Source: the human T2T-CHM13v2.0 reference genome, Homo sapiens
Assembly: GCF_009914755.1 (NCBI RefSeq)
Contig: NC_060937.1
Length of the DNA stretch: 64,000 nucleotides
Reading direction: 5' to 3' (one strand)
This document shows, piece by piece, positions 36,186 to 45,900 of the stretch (within the stretch, counting starts at the first letter, position 1; each line of letters opens with the position of its first letter). The notes below the pieces were generated by a model, which was not told where the DNA came from, made no database searches, and saw only the letters and a list, made by a program, of their open reading frames with translations. The position numbers were made by a program, and so were the translations under genes.

Positions 36186-37726
36186 ACTATTACACCAATT
36201 TGGCTAATGAGGGAAGAGAATTAAGCATTTATGCTGCTGGATTAGGAGAAACTACATTTCACTGACAGTCAGTGAAGGCCAACTCTTCTTTGCAGAAGAG
36301 TACCAGCTAATAAACATAGAAGAAATAACAGAATTATTTTTTAATTCATCATTTTGCAACCCCTAATGAAATTATTGACTCAGACAAGGATTATCAAAGA
36401 ATGCTAAAAGCATTAGGTAAAAGGCATTCACAATGTGCTCAAATTTTTACCCTGTGATTACTTGTTCTTTACAAATGGAAAAAGCATACATTTACAGAGA
36501 TGAAATCTAGTAGGTACCGTCTTACCCAAGTAATCAGATTTAACATATTAAATAGTGAGACAACCTCACAACCTCTGGATGGGATGCAACATGCAGTACC
36601 CAGCGCCATATACAATATTCTTGCTAAAAAATTTTCTAATGAACACCTAATAAACCCTTAAGGTCTAGCTTCCACTTACAGGAAATACAGATACAAGACA
36701 GAAAGATGAACAATACCTGGGGGCCCTGCCCTTAAGGAGCTAGATTTATATGACATTCTAGAAAAGGTAAAATATTAGTGACAGAAAACTGATTTGCAGC
36801 GGTCAGTAACCAGGGGTAGGAGGGCCTGACAGAACTTTTTATATGAAGTGATGGAAACAGTCTATACTTGACTGTGGTGATAGTTTCAGGACTCTTCAAA
36901 TGAACATTTAAAGAGGATGAATTTTATTGTATATAAATTAAACCTCAATTAACCTAACCCCTCCTCAGAAAACCTAAATGTTTAATCTGGTTTTTGAGAA
37001 AAAAGTGAGACTATTCTGTTGATTTTTTAAACAAATATATTAAAGGACAAAAGTATTTTTAGATTGACATTTTTATTTTCCTTTTAAGCCCAGAGGCAAG
37101 ATTTTTTTCTTCTCTTGAGTTAGGAAACTAATTCATTTCACATTTCTACCTACCAGTATACCAATAGAGCAGTTTTTGCCTTAACTTGTGTTTATACACT
37201 ATACAGGATTCCACTGATATAACAGCTACATGAAGAAAATTACTACCTATGCACAAATACAGATGTACACATACAGATTCAATCCCGCATTACTTCCTGA
37301 CATATTCCTACAATAAATAACGTCTCTTCATAGCTTAAAACCATCAAGGGTGATCAGTGTCTACTGAATAAAATCTAATTCTTACCTTGGTCTTCAAGAT
37401 GCCCCATCCTAGCCAAAGCCTCCATTTCCAGAATGAATTCCACTACTGTCCTTCATGACACCTGCATTCTAGCTCTAACAGAATTCCTACTGTTACCTAC
37501 ATACAAACTGTGCTTTCCTGTCTCTGCTGATGCTTTTAAGCCAGCCTAGAATGCCATGCCTTTGTCATAGTAGGTTATACTTTCTTGGTCATTTCATTTA
37601 ACACTTCTATAAGTATCTGCCTTTGTATCTTGCACTTCCAGATAGACAGTAAACTCAAGTCTAGAATTTGTGTCTTATAAATTTTTATAGGGCCAATGGT
37701 TAGTGCCAAGTAATAATCCCTGAGCA

Positions 37727-38005
37727 AGCTGAGCATGGTGGCTCACACCCATAATCCCAGCACTTTGGGAGGTGGAGGTGGGAGGATCACTTAAGCTCAG
37801 GAGTTCAAGACCAGCCTGGACAACATGGTGAGACCCTGTGTCTACAAAAAATAAAAAACAAGCCAGGCATGGTGGTGCATGCCTGTAGTCCCAGCTACTG
37901 GAGGAGACTGAGGCAGGAAGATCACTTGAGCCCAAGAGGTTGAGGCTGCAGTGAGCTATGTTCACACCATTGCACTCCAGCCTGCCTCAAAATAAGTAAA
38001 ATAAA
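37727..38005 (+). mobile_element. AluJ-like
   Basis: 'ggaggatcacttaagctcaggagttcaagacc' and 'ggttgaggctgcagtgagctatg'; TSD aataatccctga. Confidence 0.88.
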
Positions 38006-38419
38006 ATAATCCCTGAACTTTTGCTAAAATGACTACTTAACCTCTTACAACCAAAATCCCATGCATCTGAAGGATGGACTCAAATACCATTTCTAACAAG
38101 AAAGAGATAAAGCAGCTGAAAAAACTAAGGGGGTTAAGTTTAGATTCCCCATTTTGGTCACAATCCCCTCTATTGTTTTCACTAACATTGTTCTTCTAGG
38201 ACTTCAGGACCCAGATACTCTGACTCCTCTTTATCTTCCAGTCTATCAGTTCCCTCTTGGCATCACTTTCCTTTTTACCATATAGTCAAACACTGTCCCC
38301 AAAACCTTCCATTTCTTTTTTCTTTAACCCTAAATCAACTCAACTAGGTTTTCTCCATTTCTATTTTGTGTGGAAAAACATACAGTGCCATGCTGGTTGG
38401 AATTTTAAATGTGATTTTA

Positions 38420-39670
38420 ATAATAACAACAGGTAACATTTCATGGGCACTTACCAGGTGCGGACATAATGTCCTTTTGATAACACTACAAAGTTACAAG
38501 TAAAGAAACAGACAAAGTCTAATTAACTTGCCCAATTTAACACAAGTAGAAAAAGGTAGACGTGAACTAAGGGAGTCTACCTCCAGTGCTCTAACATTTA
38601 GCCACTGTGCTATGGTGCCTCCCAAGTGCATGGTTATACCACCATTCACATTCAGAACAGATCATACATTCCTTCATACATTTCCTGTCCAACCCCTTTC
38701 CCCAACAGAATGTTCCGATTTTGATTGGCCTCATTCATCCAAAAATATATCTATTCAGTCACTGGATAAATGAAAGAGTTATTCCCACATTCTACACAGT
38801 CACTGAGACCAAAAATAAAAGAGTAAGACATGATCCTTGCCTTCTCTTCAAGTCCCCACACCCCTCATTCTCAGCAAAAACAAACAGACAAAAAACAGTA
38901 ACTAATATTTCATAGCAGTCAACATGCCAAGCACATACATTGATTCATTTAATCTACAAAACAATTCATGTTAGTATTATGATCCCCATTCTACATATTT
39001 AAAAAACTGAGGCATAGAAGTTATGTAATATACTCAAAGTTACACAGCTAGCAAATGACAAAACCAGGATGCAAAACCAGTCTAGCTTCTGTGCCCAAGC
39101 TCTTAACCACTTTGTTAGACTGTCATCAAAGTCACTGAGTCCATTAGGTTTGAAACTCTCAACTTCTCAACTGTACACCTAAAGCAAAGAGTAATTAATT
39201 CATTTGACATTGACTGATAACTCACTCATCATGTTTTTGTTTCTTGAACACAAGCCTGTTCCCATTTCAAGGCCTTTATAAATTCCCAGAACATTCTTCC
39301 TCTACATCTGCCTCCTCATCATGGCAATTCAATTTAAATGCCAACTCTCAAAGAGACATTTCCTGACCATGTTACCTAAAATAGCCCCACTACAAATTGC
39401 CCTATCACATGAAATAGGTTTTATTGCCTTCACAGTTACTTATTACTAAGTGAAATTATGAGTTGTCTATTTCTCCCATTGGAGTGGATTTTCCAAGACG
39501 GCAGAGACTTTGTCTATCTTGCTCACCGCTACATCTTCAGCATCTGCAATACTGCCTGGCACAGAGCAGGCACTTGATGTTTACAGAATTCATGCCAAAA
39601 AATGTGCTAGACATTGGGATTATCAAAACGAATAGGATATGATGCCTATCCTCAATAAACTACCAGTCTT
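38420..39670. mobile_element. Cluster of MIR and L2 remnants
   Basis: MIR cores 'aaaactgaggcatagaagttatgtaat...aaagttacacagctagcaaatg'. L2 3' end 'gcagagactttgtctatcttgctcacc...tgcctggcacagagcaggcactt'. Confidence 0.6.
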
Positions 39671-42087
39671 TATATTTACAAGTACTCACCTCCACCCCTT
39701 CTATATTAACTGCTCCTTTTTTCAATGGCTAACCTCTCCACCTGTCACCTTAACTCTATCCCTGAGATCCCTTTGACCTCTTCCTGTCCCTGAGATCCCT
39801 TTGACCTTTTCCTATCAATTATCCCCTCTCTCACTTCTTCACTCTGTCTCTCCATTTAGCCTCCCATATTTGCATATCCCACCCAACCTCCTATACTTGA
39901 ATATCCTTCCCTCAACTTTGAAATCCCCTTGAGTTACCAAAAACACATTCCATTCACTCCTCACCACATCCCTCTATTCTGACCACTTCCTCAAAAGTTA
40001 TCAATGACCTGAAAACGGTTCTCACTTTCTTCAACATTTACCACTTCTGAGAATTTTCAATCCACTCTCCTAGAGCCACAGAGGCTACTGTTTCATGATT
40101 TTCTTCTTAATTTTGATTCCGTTTCCTTCACTGTCTCCTTTCTCTCACACCTTTAAACCTGATGCTCACTAGAGCTTCATTCTCTATTATTGCTCCATTC
40201 AGTCTCTCTAAAAGATATCATCTTCTCCTTTAACTTGTGTCCCTATACAAATAATTCTATCATTCATTCAGAGCCGAAACCCCAAGTCTACTTTCCTCAA
40301 CATCTTTAATAAGAAATGTGATTTAATTCTTAATCAAATCATCAATAGAGTAGTTGCAGGCTACTTTTTGTAATAAAATAATGTGAACTTAAATAAACAA
40401 TAATGTTGTGTTGAACAAGCATTAGCAGGCAATATCATAACATAATGCTGATTTCCATGAGTAGTTCTTGAAATACTTGAACTAATTCTTCATTACTTTT
40501 CATTGACGGCTTGTACAAAAATGGACCAAGGGCTAAAAAATCATTCACAAATGTTATATGATTAATCTATGTTAATTTTGTCTAAAACCGTTAATATAGT
40601 TCTAGATACACAGAAATCATATTACACTAGTAGTAGGAAGTCAAAACAGGAATATACAAGTCAAAAATTATTGCATAAGTCTGGAAACCATACACAAAAT
40701 AAATTTAAATTCTTTGAGAGGAGTTTGTAAAGATGTTCCTGCGGTGCCATAATTTAGAGATTTACAGATCAAAATTATACCTAATTATCAGGGCAAACTG
40801 TCTCACGTAGTTTTGTGCTATTTTCAAAAGCATTAGCAAGAAACAGACTTGTGCCATTCTGGCCTTCAGTTCAGATAGCAAAAAATAGTTACACACGTTT
40901 ACATCCATATGGTAAAACTACTGCTGTGCCCAATCCTGTAAACAATCACAGACATGAGAAAACTGGTTAACCTAGAAAAAGTGTGAACAAAGCTCCAGCT
41001 TTACAACTGTCTCCAACAGATAAGCCATGATACCTAGTGATAAGCTACAAATACCTGACTTACAGCCTCGTCCCTTTCATAATGGGAGAAAAAGACACCT
41101 AACAATTGCCTAATAAATTGCACATTCAATAAATAACAGTAAACTCTTTAACTCATTTTGACAGTTTCCTACTATGTTTTCCCCATGTACTGCAAGAAGC
41201 TGTGGGAAAAAAAAGATGAAGCCAACTCCCAATTACCACTGTCAAAGCTGGTGAAACAAGTCAGTCACCAACCTTCAGGGTATGCGGCATGTAAGGGCAT
41301 GGAAAAGAAAACAATAGGAGAGCCCTCAGCAAAAAAAAGCACCCACATTTTAAGAAAAAGAAAATGAAACCAACTGAACATCTACATCAAGGAAGCTGAA
41401 GGTGTAGCCAACCCAAGTAAAAGAGACAAATCTACGCGCTATTCAGATTTTCTAGCTAGTGGCAGTTGAACGCTGTACCAGCTGTCATATTCTGAAGTTC
41501 TGCAGTTTTCCCCTTTTCCCTACAAAACCCTCTCTACTCTAAAGCCTGTAAGTAACAGAGGAAATCGAACAGAGGATGAAGAGAAATGGCCGATGGGACA
41601 TCAGATCACAAGAGTAACTGCAACCTCATTTCTAGAAGACCAAAAGGCCCGGTTATCAAAGTACAGCTCTAAAAATCTCTATCAGACACCTTTCGCATCC
41701 ACACAGATCTCCATCTGCGTCCCTTATTCATAAATCTTTTTAAAGCAAACCTCACGCCTATCCCTCGGGCCTGCTTATCCAAAACTCAACCAATCTATAC
41801 CATGACTCCTCTTGGTGAAAGGCAGATTGAAGGGAGGTGGAAAGGGCTGGAAGGAATGTCATGGGAGAGGCGGCACGTGCAAATAACATTGCGGCAGAGA
41901 CACTGAAAACGCCACTTCCCTTGCCACTGTTGCAATTCTCTTCGTGTATCATCCTCTTACCCTCTCTACCCATGCCACCTCCTACCTCAACGATACACAC
42001 ACGTGTCACAGCCGACCAGCACCATCGCCTTTTCCAGCATCACAGGTTCCCCTACCACCCCTCACTATCCCCCCACATAGGCAGGCA

Positions 42088-42088
<1 letters not shown>

Positions 42089-42132
<44 letters not shown>
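42089..42132. repeat. (AC)22 microsatellite, (UG)22 in the pre-mRNA
   Basis: Perfect dinucleotide run about 190 nt into intron 1. Confidence 0.95.
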
Positions 42133-42135
<3 letters not shown>

Positions 42136-42321
42136 AAACTGCAGCCACCGCACCCTCCTATCTCGATAAGTGCTCCTGCCAACAGACATCCAGAGCGGAC
42201 TGAAAGCTCAATAAATGCGCAGGTACACACACGCAAGCACACACACACGCGGGTGCACGCGCGGCATGGGGCGCAAGGAAGGGCGGCATGGGGCGCAAGG
42301 AAGGGCACCCTGGGGACGCAC

Positions 42322-42623
42322 CTGGAGGCTGGGTGTCCAGCGCTGCCGCCCCCCTGGTCCCTGTCATTGAGCGCAGCGGTATAAATCCTCCGGTAGCGGT
42401 CGGCCAGGGCCCGGCCTGACAGCAGCAGCTGGTAGTGACCCCGGGAGTCCGCGGCGGGTAGCCCCAGCCCCAGCCCCGCAGCAGCCACGGAGCCGTCGGG
42501 AACCGGCATGAACAGCGCCCCCGGCGCCGGGGAGGAAGAGAAGGTGGCGGCTGGGTAGAATCCGTCCCCGCCGAGCCCCGAGGAGGCGGCGGCGGGGGAG
42601 GCAGTCGCTGCGCACATCATCAT
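42322..42623 (-). CDS. MYCBP2: MYCBP2 coding exon 1 (residues 1-101, MMMCAATASPAAASSGLGGDGFYP...GHPASR)
   Basis: Translation matches the recognised MYCBP2/PAM N-terminus. ATG ATG ATG at 42623-42615 with A at -3. 302 nt, ending in phase 2 at donor CAG|GTGCGT. Lies inside a CpG island. Confidence 0.97.
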
Positions 42624-42627
42624 CCTC

Positions 42628-42651
42628 GCCGCCGCCGCCGCCGCCGCCGCC
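42628..42651 (-). repeat. (GGC)8 trinucleotide repeat in the MYCBP2 5'UTR
   Basis: Eight perfect GCC units on the + strand, ending 4 nt before the start ATG. Confidence 0.95.
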
Positions 42652-42752
42652 TCGTCCCCGCGGGCCGGGCGGGCAGACACGCGCGCGCACACACAGCCCT
42701 TTTCCAACGACGACGGCTCCGGCGGCGGCCTCTGGCTCCCGCAGCAGGGAGA

Positions 42753-42836
42753 CTACAAAGACAGCGACCTCCTTCTCCTCCTCCTTCTTCTCCTCCTCCC
42801 CCCCGCGCCGCCCTCGCCGCTACTGGGGCCGCTCAT
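42753..42836 (-). CDS. Candidate uORF, 27 aa MSGPSSGEGGAGGRRRRRRRRRRSLSL*
   Basis: ATG at 42836-42834 and TAG at 42755-42753; same frame as the MYCBP2 ATG, 213 nt upstream of it. Weak Kozak context (ttagATGa). Real only if the TSS lies upstream of 42836. Confidence 0.5.
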   Translation of the reverse strand: MSGPSSGEGGAGGRRRRRRRRRRSLSL

Positions 42837-42874
42837 CTAACCCCGCCACCCCGGGAATGTGAGGAGGAGGCGGT

Positions 42875-42920
42875 GCCGCCACTGCCGCCGCCACCACCGC
42901 TACCACCGCCACCACCGCCG
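42875..42920. repeat. Imperfect (CCG/CCA)n trinucleotide tract in promoter/5'UTR
   Basis: gccgccactgccgccgccaccaccgctaccaccgccaccaccgccg. Confidence 0.8.
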
Positions 42921-44939
42921 GGGCTACCCGCAATGGGAAGCTGCCGGCCTCACAGAGCATGCGCCACTCCTCGCACATGCTCAGTAACTGCCGCCCCTTT
43001 TCCTCCCCACCCCCTCTCCGCCACCACTCCCTCCGCCTCGGGGCTTTGGGTTTGGGGCTGTTGGGTTGTGCGGAATCTGAAGTAGTCCACTTCTCCGGGT
43101 TTTACTGGCAGCTTGAAGAAGAGTAAGGAAAGTGCTGGGGAGGCTGTCAGCTACTGACGTTCGACTTCAGGTTCCCTCCAGGTGGAAGAACGAGGACCAG
43201 AAAGCAAGGGGGAACGTGCCCATCGCCAGAGGAGGAGTGGCACGCTCTTCTGCTACCTCTTCTCCAAGGCTCTGCTGCCAACAGGAAGATTTACTGTGAA
43301 TTGTGCTGGTTAATTCAGAGTTTAAGGCAGAGAAAACCATCCCAATTAGAAGTGCCTTTAGCGATCTTATTTTATATGGTTTTTGTCATTAGGATTTACG
43401 CTTGTTTAACACAGCTTTTACTTACAAAGACAGGTAGTAATCTAGCACATTCTTTTTTGTGTGTGAAAGTATTTTGTGTGTGAAAGTATAACAGATAGGC
43501 TAGTATTCACAAGCCAGAGTCATTCCCAAATTCTTGTTCTCAACGGAGCAATAATATTTTTTAAATTACTCTTTTTTATTGACTCCTCACTCACCTAAGA
43601 GTGCACTTTTATCTCTTGGCAGTGGTCATTTAATGGTTTATTTTTTTCTGCCCAAACTTACATTTTTAAAGATAATTCTTGAATGCGATCTGAAACAATA
43701 ATTGTGACGGAGACTGTATAGCGTCTGAAAATGTCAGATCCATCACATATCTTGTTGTTGTCTATAAAAAAGTAACATTTGCTCAGTCCTTTGTTCCAAG
43801 CTAACCTACGAACCCCATCTAAGTATATGCTCTAGAAATATACGTGCCAATGCACTTTGATTCCTACTACGTTTTATCCTTTGACTCTCAATTTGAAGAG
43901 TTTCCTAATTTACAGTCCTGACAAAATAATTTATAAGTTCTGTCATCCCAGTACTGTATCTTTCATCTATGTACTAGTTCTTATATCTGTGCCTCTTCTT
44001 CGGATGGCCTTCTCTTAAAAAAAATAAAATAAATGTTAAAAAATCCTCCTTAGTGTTTGAGAAGTGCAAACAACAAGGAATAGGAAAGTAAATTAATTCT
44101 AGTTTTAGGGTGGAAGGTTGCTGAAAGCAATGCATTTTTTTCTGAAGCTTTAAATAATGGATGGATTTCATTTAGTTTTTTTAAAGATAATTAGCAGTGG
44201 GATAAACATAGGAACAAAGGACAAGACATGTGGAATCATAGTATTTTAGTACTGTAATTAGCCCTGTTAAGTTTTTGTATTTGTCTTGTTTCCTTACCTA
44301 AGTTCCTTCAGAGCTTGCTGCTTTTGTGTCTCCTTCAGCCACTTCAGGACTTTGCATGTAGTAGGTATCCAGTAAGTATTTATTAGACTAAATTTCTATC
44401 CTAATGCTTCAGCACAGTTAAAGACCTCAGTGTTGACCAGGCAGCCCCTAACCCTGGAGTGAGAACCAAGACAATGGTGTAGAGGCAGCTAAATTCTAAG
44501 AATTCTAAGGCCTGACAGGTAAGCAATGAGAGGGCCCATTACTATTGCAAGACCTAGCAGGGTAGCTAAAAGGCTCTGAAATCAGACAGCCCTGGAATTG
44601 GATCCTGACTCTGCTACTTAATACTTGTCTGGCTTTGGGCAAATTATCTCCTCTGAATAATGCTCAAAAGAATACCCACTACATGAGATTGAGGGAGGAC
44701 TTAAAGGATCTAGGATGTCCAACTTGGCACATGAATTTTCACAAATGGTAGCACATACTAAACAAAACACTAGGTTTTCCGTAGGGTAGCAATGGTGTCT
44801 GTTCAACCATCACAGGCTCCTAGCACAGGGTCTAGCCCTGAACAGGAGGGAAATAGATGTTGGCTGAATGAATGAATGTTGCTTGCACAGAAAACATTTA
44901 CAGCGCAGGCTCAGGTGGTGGAATGTGCAGTCACTGCCC

Positions 44940-45900
44940 ATTTAGAGTTTCTAGTGGACATTGACCCGCGTGGCTGCCCTGGTCTCCGGGCTCTTCCCAC
45001 CATTCATTAATTTCGCTTCAATCTTTACTGCTGTTCAGTCCCAGACAGGCCCCTACGGAGCCTGATGGGTACACTCAAAACCCGGAAACTGGATAACTTG
45101 CTAAGAAGCCCGATGTCATTGAGCTGCGCAACTAGGCGTGCGCAGAGTCGCACACATGCTCACTTAGGTATCCGAGAGTGGCATTTCTGTTGCGGTTGGC
45201 AGCGTTTCCTTCCACGGCAGCGGCAGCGGTCGCTCTCCTCAAAATTGATAGCCAGTGCAGCGTTTTTTCTCCTCCTCCTCCTCTTCCTGCCTCCGCACGG
45301 CGCGCTCCCCGGTCCCTGCAACTGCCACAGCTACCGCCTTGGCAGCTGGGCAACTTGGAAGGCTCCCCTGGGATGGCGGGGGAGTGGGGCGCATGCCAGA
45401 AAGAAAAAGGCATTTGGAGTCACCCTTACTTCTACTGTCAAGGGGACGTGAAGGGGAGTGTGGTCACAAGTCGCGAGGGTCGCCTGAACCGTCGCTGCAG
45501 ATCGGAGACGTGGGTTTCTGGCAGTATGCAAAGCAAGCGTCCCCTCCCGCCGCTCCTGCGAGCTCTACTACCGAATGCCTTACGCAGCCCTTGTGTTTGG
45601 GGAAAGAGGGGGACCTATACAGAATGAAAAAACACAGAGGGCTTTGCTTTTCTTTCCCCACCCCACCGAGCTCGGCCCCCGTGCTTTCTGCGCTGCCATC
45701 TTAGTTCCTCCAGCGGCCGGGCTGGGCGTGTGTGCATTTGTGTGTACAGGGAGGGCTGCAGCCGGGGGGCGTGGGGGCCGCCTGGGCGGCTTGGGTGTCG
45801 GAATGGGCTAGACAGCAGTTCACCCACGACACATTCGCCCTCAAAGAATAGCATTGAACTACGGCAAATCCTGCCTGTGCCCATTTTATTACGGGCGTAG
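44940..45900. promoter_or_regulatory. Second GC/CpG-rich block (candidate promoter/enhancer) upstream of MYCBP2
   Basis: CpG-rich unique sequence flanked by AT-rich DNA. Contains GCGCATGC (45389-45396), TCGCGA (45471-45476), TGCGCA motifs and a (CCT)n tract. Confidence 0.7.

Larger units (their letters stand above)
42140..43250. promoter_or_regulatory. MYCBP2: CpG island / MYCBP2 promoter and 5'UTR
   Basis: Very high GC and CpG density around exon 1, with GCC/CCA trinucleotide runs and GCATGCGC-type motifs. No TATA seen. The exact TSS cannot be determined from sequence. Confidence 0.9.

Noticed and set aside
42006-42321. C-terminal CVCVCV extension of the 233-aa ORF
   Set aside because: Read-through past the exon 1 donor into intron 1 and the (TG)n repeat; the true CDS splices at 42322.
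41837-42384. Plus-strand ORFs with THTHTH runs
   Set aside because: Products of the (AC)22 microsatellite and CpG-island composition.
42873-43085. Poly-proline plus-strand ORF
   Set aside because: GTG-started translation of the CCG/CCA tract in the promoter; no support.
43455-43488. 17-bp tandem duplication ttttgtgtgtgaaagta x2
   Set aside because: Real but trivial slippage-type duplication with no functional cue.
45065-45704. Three overlapping plus-strand ORFs of 128-149 aa
   Set aside because: Expected in GC-rich DNA. Two start at near-cognate codons, and none has a recognisable domain. Not called as CDS.
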